From contig OZ024741.1 in assembly GCA_964016885.1 (NCBI GenBank), positions 166,036,001 through 166,100,000 on the forward strand: a stretch of DNA of 64,000 nucleotides, in the 5' to 3' direction. The translations under genes and the position numbers were made by a program. The notes beneath the pieces are model-generated. The model had not been told where the DNA came from and did not search any database. It saw nothing but the letters and a program-made list of their open reading frames with translations. Shown here one piece after another: positions 14,760-28,498 of this stretch (its first letter is position 1; the number at the start of each line of letters is the position of its first letter). This stretch comes from Eledone cirrhosa. Its lineage: Eukaryota.

Positions 14760-15740
14760 TAGCCTTGCTATATCTACTTTCAATTCGGAGTATTTGGTGA
14801 ATATTTTCAATTTATTCACTCGCAATGTTCATGTCGTTTGATATGGCTACGTCTATGATCTGACTTATTTGTCTTTTTTGTTCAATATGACAATGACCGG
14901 TCGGTGATGCTCAATTACTCTATCAGTCTGAAAATCATAACCCTAGAATACCGTTGCTTTTCCATCCTCCTGTATTACTTTACAAGACACATGCTATACT
15001 AATTCTCTATTACTTCGTATTGGTATTTACGACACAGTAGCCAATGAAGGTACAAACAGACTTCCTTATGGCGGCGCTTGTATTGTTTTTGCGCAAGCTC
15101 TCACATCTATTTACCAAGTGGGTTACATTTTCCAGATTCTTTTCACCGAGTCTGCATTTCTGAGTGTCAGAGGTTTTGTAGATGTTATACTTCACAGAAT
15201 CGATAGCAAGATATTGGTCTTGTGCGGCAATTATAAGGCTTTCAGTGGTACGCTTCAAATCACCTTGCTTAAGGCATATATATAATGTTGTTTTACCCTT
15301 GATATCCTGTGCATTTCTTTCAAATTGCCTGTGCATTCTCATTTCCGGAAGATATTGTTTTCTCTTCACTTGAAATCTTTCATTAAACACTTCCTTACCA
15401 ACCGTTTCATCTGCATTTATATTCATATCTTCTGCTGCATATTGCAACATGTCTTCCTCACTGTTTACCAGATATTCTGCAAGCGTTCTCCTTTTACCCT
15501 TTATACAATAATCCACAATGATTAGACCTCTATCACTATTCTTTCTCTTCATATACAATCTGTTTTTATTTTCTTTACAGTGTAAATCTCAGCACAATGT
15601 CATTAACTTTCTCGTCTTTCTATCAAAATCTGAGAGTGAACGCATTATAGCTAACTTAATGCAGTTACTGGATTCTTTGCACTCAGGCTGGATTAAAAAA
15701 TACTTTTTATTCTTTTTCGATATGCGTCCCTAACATTTAC
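14760..15740 (-). mobile_element. R4/Dong-like non-LTR retrotransposon fragment (RT C-terminus, CCHC knuckle, RLE)
   Basis: RGLI, ESLIIAAQDQ, KCRLG...ENVTHLVNRCESL, then DFQTDRVIEHHRPVIV, IIDVAI, KYSEL, with frameshifts. Confidence 0.85.
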
Positions 15741-15889
15741 TTTCATTTATGCATGGAAAATGTCATTCAGTTCTAAAATAATTGTATCCACTATCTTCCG
15801 GTTCCTCTATGGTTTCTCCCGATGGCAGCCTTAAACCATTACAAACTGCTTTTCCCCCTCTTCCCCCCTTTTTCTTATTATAATATATT

Positions 15890-16084
15890 TCACGTTGCTC
15901 CAGTTCACTCAGCTGTAGAAATGAGTTTACCCTGTTATAGGTTAAATAGCCTCACCAACCCGCAATTGTCCAAACGTGATGAGTACGGCTACACCCCTGA
16001 GATGACAAATGCCCAAAACAGAAAACAGTGGAGATCAGCGAGGGGTTCCTCCGGTAGGAGTGAAAATGCCCTAAATTGGATTGG

Positions 16085-16085
<1 letters not shown>
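15890..16085 (+). mobile_element. SINE/LINE-tail fragment
   Basis: gttcactcagctgtagaaatgag SINE-like core followed by an RTE-like tail ending in (ttgga) repeats. Confidence 0.45.
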
Positions 16086-16179
<94 letters not shown>

Positions 16180-16183
<4 letters not shown>

Positions 16184-16325
16184 CAGGGTGTGCCAAAAAT
16201 GTATACACACCTTGATTACCTGTACAGGCAATATTTATTAGAATGCTGTTGAAGTGTGTATACATTTTCAACAGCATTCTAATAAATATTGCCTGTACAG
16301 GTAATCAAAGTGTGTATACATTTTT

Positions 16326-16330
<5 letters not shown>
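16180..16330. mobile_element. Foldback Tc1/mariner-type MITE
   Basis: TA+CAGGGTG terminus; about 16193-16251 is the reverse complement of about 16267-16326. Confidence 0.75.
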
Positions 16331-16409
<79 letters not shown>

Positions 16410-16475
16410 GTATCCCCAAAAATGTATATATAAATAGGGTATAGTGTATAATATATTCTGAGTTTCAAACTTTTG

Positions 16476-16555
<80 letters not shown>

Positions 16556-16581
16556 TATATGTGTGTGTGTGTATATATATA

Positions 16582-16619
<38 letters not shown>

Positions 16620-16623
<4 letters not shown>

Positions 16624-16880
16624 TTTTAATTTGTTTGCAAGATTTCTTATCTGAAAACGCGTTTTGAAAGAGATATTGTTATACTTTGGGAGGGTCATGC
16701 TCCAATAAAAACACAGGCACCTGTTGGTTTTCACTTCAGTTTATTATAAATTTCCGGTTGGCTGGTTGGTTGGTTCAATAACCGGATGGTTAACAAAGAA
16801 AAGACACAAAATAAAAACCCAGTCATTGAGGAGGTCACAGAATGTGTGACGAAAGAGCTTTGACAATATATAAGCAAATA
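16620..16880. mobile_element. PLE pLTR-like fragment with internal inversion; homolog of 62760-62970
   Basis: Shared attgttatactttgggagggtcatgc ... cttcagtttatt; the HHR segment is inverted relative to the 62920 copy. Confidence 0.7.
16822..16864 (+). ncRNA. Minimal hammerhead (C3 to U variant)
   Basis: GTCA TTGAGGA G GTCACA GAATG TGTGAC GAAA GAGC TT TGAC. Confidence 0.72.
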
Positions 16881-18187
16881 ACAGGAAACATTATATCTGT
16901 CGTTCTCACTAATCAACTAATTCACTGACTTACTACTACACTAGAACAGTTCAATATTTCATCTAATTTTATCCCATAAAAATGTCTACGTAAAAAATAC
17001 CAACAAAAATGGCAGGTTGTGTTCTTTAGTTACGTTAACACTACCCAAATTTACAAATGATGTACTGAATGAATATGCTTTTGGGATATGTTGAAGTGTG
17101 TAGATATAAGAGACATCTTCGTTTTCACAGTACCCATGGGCTTAATCTTTCAATTAAAGCACACTGAATTCTTCTTCAAGAATTCCGAAAAATTCTCGAA
17201 TTTCTTTGTTAATAACATTAGCAGAAGTTTATTTATTTTATTAATTTAGTTTCAAGAACATTAAAGAAGTTCTGTCACTTTACTGTTATTAATGAGTGTT
17301 ATAGCTTCGAGTATTGGCTGTGTGGTGGTTTATATGGTGGCTGTGTGTTAGCGGTATGCTGGTTGTGTTGGTTCTCCGGGCATGGTGTGAATAGTTCAAG
17401 ACTCATAAGCAACATTACAAGTATTCATTTCACTCACACTCCTCTTTATTTACGATTTATTAACCATCGGTTTCCATTATTAAATAGTGGCCTCGTACCG
17501 TCAACAGGCATATCAACTCTCCATGTTCGACTGGAGATCTCACACACACGAAAGATGTTTTCTCTTGTGAAAACGGGTATAGCTTTCATTATGTAAAATC
17601 TCCCCATTTTGCCTAATTTCTCCCCGTTTTGTGGGACCTTTTTTTCATGTTACTCCCCATTTGGGTTTTTAGAGGTTGGCAGGTCTGCGTCGATAAAGTC
17701 GTTATAGCATTGAACGTATTTAATTTTTAGTGTCCAGGATATGTATGTCATATATATTGGGATAACCAGATATATAAGTGATTATACAAACTAAGAAATT
17801 TGCGTTTTGATAAATTAATGGTTTATTTAAGAAAAACCCTATCTATATATTATTAACAGTCTGTGATTGCTTGCTTGTCTGTAATGTAACACAGCCAAAA
17901 GGGTGCATAATGAGAAAATACTTTGAAAGGAAGTTGCTCCTGAAATGGGAATACAAATGGAATAAAACAATTTTCGCGTAAATCGAAGCACGGGTCCCGA
18001 GATAAAGGGTTTTCCGAGTACCTTCATAAACAGAGAGAGGGAGAGAGAGAAGGATAGAGAGAAAGAGATAGTGGTTGTGAGAAAGTAGATTGAAAGAGAG
18101 ACATAGAGAGAGGGAGAGTAGACAAAGAAGGAGAATGGAAGAGAGAGAGCTGTTATTGTTGTTGTGTATATATATATATATGTGTGC

Positions 18188-18229
<42 letters not shown>

Positions 18230-18295
18230 CTATGACCAGTGTATATAGATCACAGACACCCACATATATATATGCACACATATACATATATATAT

Positions 18296-18905
18296 ATGGT
18301 GGCTGCCAACTAGTTTTCGAGTACGGCCACTACTTTATATCCATGTAGGAGAAGCCCTACCGATGCGCTGAACAAGTGTGACTTTTTAGTCCAGCCAGCG
18401 ACTTGAAAACTCTGGTACAAACACTACACTTGTGACAATTACTGACACATAGTGCTGGGTCCATGGTACCATGTGATGACAAGTGCAGAGAGATCTCCAG
18501 ATATAAAGCAATGCCTGTGCCGTGAAGCTTTTATAGTGAACAAAGGCACTGCACAAAGCCAGTCCCACTCTCTTAACCAAGATGATATTTACCAAAAAGA
18601 AGAACAAGTCAACATCATTGGATACCATCAGAGTTGCAGGTGGTATGCCAGGTCACCAGTTGGTGCTACTGGTAACATGTATCCCAGTACAACCTGTCCC
18701 ATGGTCGGGTCGTTGGCGACTAAACTGGCAACCCCACCAAGGTTTCTTGGTGAGGAGGGTGACTTTGGACATCCTGCAGGACTAAAGACAAAACCTGTCA
18801 AAGGGCAAAGGAGCTCATAAGAGTCAATGACCATCCAAAATCACCGGGAGAGATGACCCCTTAGCCTTTGTCAAGGCAGAATTCTAAGAGAAAGAAAACT
18901 CTGAT
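18296..18905. mobile_element. Composite of RTE-like LINE fragments
   Basis: Segments homologous to 5797-5937, 4845-4965, 5185-5362 and 4995-5045. Confidence 0.65.
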
Positions 18906-19057
18906 ATAACATATATATATATATGTATACAAACACGCACGTATATATACGGGCCTTCCAGTTTCATTTCACATTATATACATGTCTGTGTATATTTTAA
19001 TTATTTAAAATTATTTTTAAGCGAACATGATTTAAAAAAATATATTTTGAAGTGAAC

Positions 19058-19085
19058 GTGACCCAACGGGTCACAGGTGGTCTAG
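19058..19085 (+). mobile_element. Helitron-like 3' terminus
   Basis: GTGACCC AAC GGGTCAC hairpin, 7 nt spacer, then CTAG followed by T. Confidence 0.5.
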
Positions 19086-19354
19086 TAGTTTATATTGATT
19101 ACTGACATGTAAGAATGATATTTTAATAATTTATTTCTAGCATATAGTTACATAAATGTTCAGCATAAATGTACAAATGACATACAGGTTTAAATGTATG
19201 AGTAACATTTAAGAAATAACTATTTACAGGGTGACAAATGTAAGGAATCTCGTGATTAGAAAACGAACGTCATATTGTAGCAACATATAGGAAATGTATT
19301 GTGGGTATGTCTGTGTGTGTAAACTTCAAAGAGTTACAAACAGAAACATATATT

Positions 19355-19995
19355 GATATATTAATACACATGGGAGGGCGGTTGATTGGCAGTATCCATC
19401 GAGCGGTGGACAACATGGTGTGTAGCACATAGTTAGGGCCCTTTACGTTCTGAATTCAAATCCCGCCGAGGTTAACTTTGTCTTTCATCCTTGCGGGGTC
19501 GATAAAATAAAGTACCAGTCACGTACTGGGGTCGCTTTAATCGACTTTCCCCTCCCCCAGAATTTCTGGTCTTGTGCTTACATAAGAAAACAATATATTA
19601 ATACACATGGGAGGGCGGTTGATTGGCAGTATCCGTCGAGCGGTGGACAACATGGTGTGTAGCACATAGTTACGGCCCTTTACGTTCTGAATTCGAATCC
19701 CGCCGAGGTTAACTTTGTCTTTCATCGTTGCGGGGTCGATAAAATAAAGTACCAGTAATGCACTGGGGCGATTTGATCGACTTTCTCCTCCCCTAAAATT
19801 GTTGGCCTTGTGCCTAAATCAGAAACCAATATATCAATACACATGGGCTCAAATCCCGCCGAGGTTAGCTTTACCTTACATCCTTACGAGATCGATAAAA
19901 TAAAGTACCTCTAACGCTCTGGAGTATATTTAATTGACTCCCCTAACACCACAAATTGTTGACCTTGTGCCTAAAGCAGAAACCCATATATTAAC
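19355..19995 (+). mobile_element. Tandem SINE array (two full copies and one 5'-truncated copy)
   Basis: atatattaatacacatggg precedes each copy; B box ttcaaatccc; body tttcatccttgcggggtcgataaaataaagtacc. Confidence 0.85.
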
Positions 19996-21464
19996 ACAAA
20001 TGGCGTATTATCATGGTTGATACTGATGTGTGGCCGACTACTGGGTGTCTGGATTCTCCTGTACCACACCTTTAACAATATTTCTTTTACTGGTTTCAGT
20101 CATTAGACCGCAGCTATGCTGAGGCACAGCCATAGAACAATTATTCGATCACATCTAGGACAGTAGTTATTTTGATTACACTAGGTACTGTTTATATCTC
20201 TCTATTTTTTTTATCGAACTCAGAATGTAAAGAGCCAGAACAAATAGCACAATGGCATTTTATCCGACGCTCTACTAATTCTACCAATCCACAAGAAGAA
20301 GAAGAAGAAGAAGAAGACCTACCTGCAATAAAACCAATTAATATAGAACTATTATGACAGATGTTATCATCCTTCCTCTGTGTTTCTCCTCTATCCATTA
20401 TGGTGTTAATTGTCCAAATTGAAATGGAAAATTGGCAGAGTTGTTTGAGCATCGGATTAAATGCTTTTTGGTATTAGTCCTGCCTCTCTGCGCTGTGAGT
20501 TCAAAACTCGTCAAGGTCAATCTCAAAAGGCTAAAAATCCTTTCGAGGTCGATAAAAAAGGTATCAGTCCGGTACTAGAGTAAATTCTTCCTCTATAACT
20601 TTCTCACCCCCCCCCTCTCTCTCCTTCTCCGGAAGAAATCGGTTGTGTTTAAAAAATTCCCAACACACCTTGTATATCACAACGGACCACCTGCAAATCC
20701 ATCGGAAGTTACAGGTCCACACATACATTACATTAATAACACTGGTCAACTAGATTTTGCTTTTTCTCTGCTGATCTAAGTTTGAAACTTGTTCCTGCGT
20801 AATTTGGGGCCGCTGAGTTTAAAAATGACAAAATGTTATTGACCAGTGATATCCGTGTTTCCAATGTTTATGAGATAGCTGAACGAAAGATAAACATGAA
20901 AACCTGATGTGTTAGGAAACAATAGATGCTAGATTTGAAATCATCACCTCAAAATTAGCTAAAAACAACAAACCCTAAGTCAGCAAAAAGTGTGTTAAGC
21001 AGTGTAATATGTTGCTTTGTCCATAGTAAAACAAAGCACTTTCAATGGCCCCATTCGATCTAGAAAGAATTATGTAGCCATAGAATTAACAGTAAAGATA
21101 TGGTTACGGTACATATTCTTAATATGAAATGCTGAGATCAAATTATTTTATTGACGTGGACTCGAAAAGGTGAAAAACAAATTTAGCCCCGGCAGTATTT
21201 GAACTCAAGGCCTAAAGAGCTGGAACAAATACTGTGTTAACGACATTTCAGTTAGTTTTCTCGGTTTTAATTTTACATTTCATACCACATTTCAGTCTGC
21301 CTTCTCCCCCCCCCTCCTCCTCCTCCCCCTCTCTATCTCAATGACTCCTAATTTTGTCTTATCCTTTCTCTTTCCTTCTCTCCTCCTCTTTCTCCCACAT
21401 ATACACAGACTGTCTGTTTTTCATCTACTCTTAAGCCCCCCCCCCTCTCTCTCTCTATCTTCAA

Positions 21465-21985
21465 AATACGAAGGAGAGGCGGTTTTCCTATGTGTTATGT
21501 CTATAGTGAAAGAGGTTATATGGTGGGCGAAGTTAAAAGGGCTGAGGTCAAACACCTTTCTCTCCGGCGAACAACTGATTCGTTTTTTCAAATATCATTT
21601 TGGAAGAAGAATCAGGATGGAGAGAGAGGTGCTATACCCCAGGATGGAGAGAGAGGTGCTGTACCCCAGCACATTTTATGAAAGGTGGGTGAATGTGGCA
21701 AAGATGGCCCGAGTGGTTGGGCCTTCTCTCTATATAAGCCTGTAGGTTGAGGAAAAAGAGGAAGAGAGGAAGAGAGTACTCACTCTTGGTGCTCCTGGAG
21801 ATGAGGGTTGTACATTTTTTTCGGGGTGTGTACAACCCCTGTGTAACGCCTTCCCCCCTAGTGGAGATTTCAATTTTTATTTGTTGTTTTATTAATAGTT
21901 TTATTTTCATATACCTGTATGTAAACTCCCCATTTGTATTTGTCCCCTTCTTTTGTGCTCTTGTGGCTAATAAAGAAATTTATCT
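21465..21985 (+). mobile_element. Tx1/L1-like LINE 3' end
   Basis: AVFLCVMSIVKEVIWW...FFKYHFGRRIRMERE...FYERW, then a 3' UTR ending in AATAAAG; internal tandem duplication of aggatggagagagaggtgctRtacccc. Confidence 0.7.
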
Positions 21986-22711
21986 ATCTGTCTCTCTTCG
22001 ACTCTTGATTTTGTCTACCCCCATTCTATCTCTCTTTCTCTCTCTTTTTCTCTGTCCCTCTGCTTCACTCTCACCCCTTTGTCTCTCACCCTCTCTCTCA
22101 CACACATAACACAGGCTGCCTGTCCTTTCCTTTCTTGCACACGTATGTTTCTTCCATCTCTCTCACTGACTCATGATTTTGTCTTTCCCATTCTCTTTCT
22201 CTTACTCCCCCCCTCCACCCCTTCCTCTGTCTCTGTTATTTTTTCTAAGACAGACTGAGAACTGGTTTAAGAGAAATTAACCAAACAGTTTCTACTTATT
22301 ATGTGCTAAGAAGTAGTGTAATGTCTTCAAATAATGGTTAGAGGAGATATAGAAAATTATAGGAAATTATAATTAGACGAGACATCTCCTGAGTGGGAAT
22401 GGCGGGAAAATATTGCGGGAAAATCGACGTTAACAGCAACTATCAGAAAATAACGTAGTTTCATCTCAATTAGGACAATCAACAACATAATAGTGGATAG
22501 TGAAATGTAAATCACAGAGGAAGGTTGATAATATCTGTCATAATACTTCTATATTGATTTGTTTTATTGTAGGTAGGTTTTCTTCTTCTTCTTCTTCTTC
22601 TTCTTCTTCTTCTTCTTCTTCGCTAGAATGAAAATAAACCAATAGGTAAAGGTCCTTCAACTACAGATGGAGTCGTAAGAGCTCAGTTCCGATACATCGG
22701 CATGTCTTGAG

Positions 22712-22765
22712 TATTTTAAACCTGGCGGAGCTCATCCCTCTTCAGGACGGAGCAGAGCCGATGGC
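22712..22765. repeat. Short dispersed repeat; homologs near 23490-23548, 33985-34045 and inverted at 37297-37360
   Basis: ttttaaacctggcggagc...ctccagg...cagccgat shared. Confidence 0.6.
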
Positions 22766-22766
22766 T

Positions 22767-22826
<60 letters not shown>

Positions 22827-23079
22827 AGAAAAGAGATATGGAGGTAACAATATAAATTTATACAACAATCTACCGGGAAAAACTAATTTTCAAGAGAAAT
22901 ATTTGAAACATTTTTAGAAAAAATTCACTCACTCTCCAATTGTCAGTAAAAATGTAAATAAACAAATAAACATATAAAAAATATTTTTTTAAAAACCAAC
23001 TGAATCAATTTCGAAGTTTTATGAGGAAATGGTGTGGCGAAAATAGAATGGTAAAACTAGATTTGAAGAAATAAATAAT

Positions 23080-23260
23080 TGTTTCTACTTTAGGCACAAG
23101 GCCAGCAATTACCCAGTGCATTACTGGTACTTTATTTTATCGACCCCGTAAGGATGAAAGGCAAAGTCAACCTCGGCGGGATTTGAACTCAGATCGTAAA
23201 GGGACGTAACTATGCTGGAAAGCATGGCGTCCGACCCTCTACCGATACTGCCAATCCACC
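23080..23260 (-). mobile_element. Young tRNA-derived SINE with target site duplication
   Basis: Near identical to the 27247, 31750 and 48436 copies; gaaataaataat on both sides. Confidence 0.88.
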
Positions 23261-24407
23261 GAAATAAATAATGAAGAAATAAATAATGAATGGTCTTGAC
23301 ATATGCATGGAGATTGGAATTATGTAAATTGTTTCAACAACCATGATGTAGCAAACAGTTTGCAGATAAAATAGCAACAAAATCTCATTACAAGTTTAGT
23401 GTTATTTATAATATCACTGTATAATAATAGCTTTCATGATACCGCTATATAATAATCAAGTCAAGGGCCCTTAACTCTTTTCTTACTCATTTTAAACCTG
23501 GCGGAACCTATACCTCTCCAGGTCGGAACACAGCCGATTTCTTTCAGAGAACGAGTAAGAGGGAGAGATGGGGAAGGGGCGAGAGACAGCGTGAACGAGA
23601 GAGAGAGAGAGAGAGAGAGGGGAGTGGGAGAGAGAGAGAAAGAAAGAGAGAGAGAGAGAGAAAAATAAAGAGAGCGAGAAAGAGGGAGATGAAGAGAAAA
23701 AAAGAGAGAATCAGCCACCAGGACCTAGGAAGAATGAAAAGCAAAGTTATCTTCGGTGAGATTTGAACTCAGAGTGGAGTGAGACCAACAGAGTTTCTGG
23801 ATGTTATCCAAAGCTCTTGTTCCACCTCTAGGTTTGCTGCCGGTTGAGAAAAGTGTGAAATAGAAAATTAATAAGACAAAGCGAGAATTATATAAAGAGA
23901 TACAACGTTACATAGATAAATAGTTAAATAAATAGATGTATGGAGAGAAAATGGCTGCGAAAGAGAAAGACATTATAACATTTAGTACAAGACATATCTA
24001 TTTTAGTTTTTCCGACTGCAATTACAAAGTAATAGAACTAGAAGTATAGCTATTAAATATGTCTGAAATTACTACGAAAGAATTGAAGGATATCATTGAA
24101 TTAAATATGGCCGTCAGGACTTCATAATATTATATCACACGGAATTACAACAGAGAGACGAGCAGGCAAGCATTTTAAAAATTTGTTTCGTTAACCTCGG
24201 CCATCTAACTTGACCAAATAATTGATTTTATTTTTATAAAAGGTGATGTTTAAATGGGAATTTGATCAAGTAAGACAGATAAATACAACAATAAAGAGAC
24301 AATTAGAACTACTGAAATAACATAAAAATGAAGTCGAAAAAATGACGAAATAAATCGATAATGAACTACAGACCAATATATAGTCGGATAGCCAGATAAA
24401 GGGTGTA

Positions 24408-24442
<35 letters not shown>

Positions 24443-24895
24443 GTATATACATACATATATACACATACATATATATATTTATACATATATACATACATAC
24501 ATACATACATCTGTATATACATATGTATATATATACATACATACATATATACATATATATACATACATATATACATATATATATATACATATATACATAC
24601 ATATATACATATATACATATATATACATTTACATATACATTTAAATATATATATACATATATATACATATATATATATAGTATTAATTAGTATTAATTAT
24701 ACTATTTATGGTTATGTAAATACAAAAACTTTTTGCAGTTATATATATTTTTATACAAACCCTAAATAGTGGTAGGCAGTAATATATTACTACCTTATTA
24801 CCAGTAAGTTAAGTAGCTCAATGTAAAAACATCAGATGATTTACAGAGCAGTTATATGAAATATAAGAATCAAAGAACTGTTGAAAACATTTTTA

Positions 24896-24942
24896 TGCTT
24901 ACAACTGTTTCCTCCAAATCGAGGTTTGGGTTCTTCAGAGCA
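24896..24942 (-). ncRNA. Type I hammerhead ribozyme
   Basis: Minus strand TGCT CTGAAGA AC CCAAA CCTCGA TTTGG AG GAAA CAGTTG TA AGCA. Confidence 0.8.
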
Positions 24943-26409
24943 ATTTATTAATGAATGAACACTTATATGACCTCCTTTTCACCCAGGAGACATACAAATA
25001 CATATGCAAATATTGTGGGTCAACATTCATTACAGCATTTAGAGTGGCAGTACACACTTAGAGATTACATTCATATTAAAAGATACAATAAAAAATACAG
25101 GTTAAAATACAACATCAAAATAAGCGGTTATATATTGCAAATGTTATATGTGTGGCAAGCACGTGCGTCTTGTTTATATAGTGTGGCAGAGAGTTACGTG
25201 TAGTAGAAGCACTTAAGTAGGTAAACAAGAGTGTTAGGTTGGTTGATCTGGTGGCAAATTCTTTATATGATTGTTATAGTCTGTGTGTGGAGAAATAATA
25301 TAAGCATTAAAAATAGTGCAAGCATTAAAAATATTAAAAATATTGGAAATGCACAGCGAAGGGATGTTATGGACTTCATGTACTTCGACATTTTCATGGT
25401 CTGGGGAGTGTATTTTTCAGATTATATGCCCCTCACATAATCCACGACAATTCGATATTGAGCGTTTGACAATCCAGTTAGAGAATCGTAGTCTGATGTT
25501 CTTTAGTTCAATACAGGAGGATGTTACGTTTCGAGAATCGACATTGAAATACTACCCGGAAGTGTGTGTGGCTAAGGGGAGTTAATGCATGAGGGGAGGT
25601 AACTCCGAGGTTTCTATTACTAACTATTGAAATGTGTCTCAAAATAGACCCTAACTTCTATGGTTATGCGCAATTTCTAAAAAATTTCTAAAGCTTAAAG
25701 TGTTTTAACTATAGAGTAGTCTATTAAGTTGTGCTGAAGGTGTTCGTATTATTATGGTGAATCATATATATTTCATATATATATATATATATATACATAC
25801 ATATATATATATAAATATTTATACATATACCGATATACATATACATACATATACATAGATATACATACATATTATATATATATACATACATAAATATATA
25901 TATATATATATACAGAACCGTTGAAATAATTTTAATGAATAAACGATTTATGTAACATCGGCATCTTCATTAATGTTATTATATATATATATATATATAG
26001 TATATATATACATTGTACCGATTGTGTTGTTATTTCTGTTTACCTTTTACACACACACACACACACACACACATACATACATATATATAGATATATATAT
26101 ACAATTATTTATACTAAACTCGTTCTATGGACTGAGTGCTCTTACCCTTAGATATGTCTACCAAACTTTTACAACAATATATATAAAGGAAAAGAACGAT
26201 CGACTTTTTTGTCAAATCGGACCGAGGGAACAATGTTTCCGTTGGTCTTTCCAATTGCTAATACTATCTATCGGTCGCAACTCCAGGTAGAAGGAGCAAC
26301 GTGAAATAAAGTGTCTTGCTCAAGGACATAACGCATCTCCTGGTCCAGGAATCGAACTCGCAACCTTACGATTGCGAATACAATTCTCTAACCACTCAGC
26401 CACACGCCT

Positions 26410-26691
<282 letters not shown>

Positions 26692-26696
26692 TATAA

Positions 26697-27016
26697 TACA
26701 ATATATTAATAAATGGAAACTATATTTATAAAACCATATTTATTTCATTATACATATTTCAAGGGCCACCAAGGCAAACTATGGTGCGCTTTCATCAGAT
26801 AAAATGTAATATAGGTTAGTTTTATAAATAAATATTGACATACCCTTAAAAAATGCAACCATTCTGGGTATGTCAATATTTATTTATAAAACTAACCTAT
26901 ATTATATTTTATCTGATGAAAGCGCACCAGAGTTTGCCTTAGTGGCCCTTGAAATATGTATAATGAAATAAATATGGTTTTATAAATATAGTTTCCATTT
27001 GTTAATATATTGTATA
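26697..27016. repeat. Foldback with about 150-bp arms and 20-bp spacer; hammerhead-like motif in each arm
   Basis: 26697-26845 is the reverse complement of about 26866-27015; CTGATGA...GAAATATGTA at about 26913-26960. Confidence 0.85.
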
Positions 27017-27100
27017 TTTACTCTAATAATTTGTTGAGTGCTTTATATCAGTTATAAAAATATTTGCTTATTGTATCCCAACAATTTAAATAGAACTTCT

Positions 27101-27140
<40 letters not shown>

Positions 27141-27246
27141 TAGTGAGTAACGTGAAGTTTCTGTTGGTTCACCAAAGCGAACACTCGATGCTTAGTCTCC
27201 AGTATGTACTTTGGGGTTGTACTAAGCAGAGTGTAATGATAATAAT

Positions 27247-27424
27247 TGTTTCTACTTTAGGCACAAGGCCAGCAATTAACCAGTGTACTTTATTTTATCG
27301 ACCCCGTAAGGATGAAAGGCAAAGTTAACCTCGGCGGGATTTGAACTCAGATCGTAAAGGGCCGTAACTATGCTGCAAAGCTTGGCGTCCGACCCTCTAC
27401 CGATACTGCCAATCCACCGCCCTA
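27247..27424 (-). mobile_element. Young SINE with about 20-bp TSD
   Basis: agagtgtaatgataataatt on both sides. Confidence 0.88.
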
Positions 27425-27457
27425 GAGTGTAATGATAATAATTATAAGTATGGACGT

Positions 27458-27670
27458 GGTGTCAAATTTTTCATTAAGTTTATTCAAGTGTGACGCGCGT
27501 TTCACAAGTGATCAATTGAAGTTTCGATTCTATCTCTATCGATCGGGCAAACAGAAGTCTGATGAGCTTTTCATTCGAGAGTCGGGTTCGATCGATAGAG
27601 ATCGAAGCTTCAGCTGATCAATCGCGAACCGTGTGTCACACCTGAACAAACTTAATGAAAATTTGACACC
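27458..27670. repeat. Foldback element containing an extended-helix-II hammerhead (27557-27639, +)
   Basis: Arms ggtgtcaaattttcattaag / cttaatgaaaatttgacacc. CTGATGA GC ... GC GAAC CGTGTG TC AC; the left arm retains GAAACGCGCGTCAC on the minus strand. Confidence 0.75.
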
Positions 27671-27699
27671 TCGTTCATACTATATATATATATATATAT

Positions 27700-28498
27700 A
27701 TATTGTTATACTTGGGGAGGGTCATATTTGTGTAATATTGCCAGAATTAATAACAGAACACACTCACTGTTTGGTTGGTTTTCGCTTTTCGCTTCTGTGT
27801 CTTTTATATCGGTTAATTTAATTTTTTCGGTCCTCAATGTTGCCATTAACTGACCAACGGTAAAAAATAATACAGATACAATATAGACACAAACACATAT
27901 ATATAGTTTATCAAAGTTCTTTCGTTGCACATTTGCAACATCGTCAGTGGTGCTATTGTTTCGTCCCGTTGCATTGTATTTTCTACGCCATCTTTATTTA
28001 GTCTGTTTATATATTTATTTATTTGTTTATTTTATTTTGTCTTCTTTGCGCATGCGTTTGCGTGTGTGTATAGTGTTTTGTTTGATGGGTGACTGTGTAT
28101 TGGTTAATGTATTCTATCTTTACTAGTGTGTGTTTATATGTGTTTGTTGTTATTGTGCTTGTGTATGTATTTATTTATTTATTTATCTATTTATTTATTT
28201 ATACTTCTCTTAGGTCAGTGTTGTTTGTTTGGGTGTTGTTGTTATTCCATTCATTCTTTCTGTTTAGCCTTGTCCTTCTAAGTTCTATTTCACTGGCCTC
28301 TCTGATTTGCCTATCTGCTGGGTCATTTCTATTTTTAGATATTATTCTAATTTCTATGTTGTCTATGTTACCGTCGTATTTTTGTCTGGCATGTTCGTAT
28401 AGTACTGAACCGTTTTTTCGTCCTTTTAGTTCCCCCCAGTGTTGGTCTATCCTTTCACCTATGCTACGAGCTGTCTCGCCTATGTATGTTGTTGTCAT
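27700..28498 (-). mobile_element. PLE 3' end: GIY-YIG fragment plus 3' UTR with hammerhead
   Basis: TYIGETARSIGERIDQH...HARQK...RQIREASEIELRRTRLNRKNEW. Terminal segment 27700-27810 recurs inverted at about 32635-32740. Confidence 0.85.
27909..27952 (-). ncRNA. Minimal hammerhead, helix I partly decayed
   Basis: Minus strand CACCA CTGACGA T GTTGCA AATG TGCAAC GAAA GAAC TT TGATA. Confidence 0.68.

Noticed and set aside
18650-18740. HDV-like ribozyme at a putative RTE 5' UTR
   Set aside because: A CCAGT/ACTGG helix and CTAA are present, but I could not place P1 and P1.1 in the required order.
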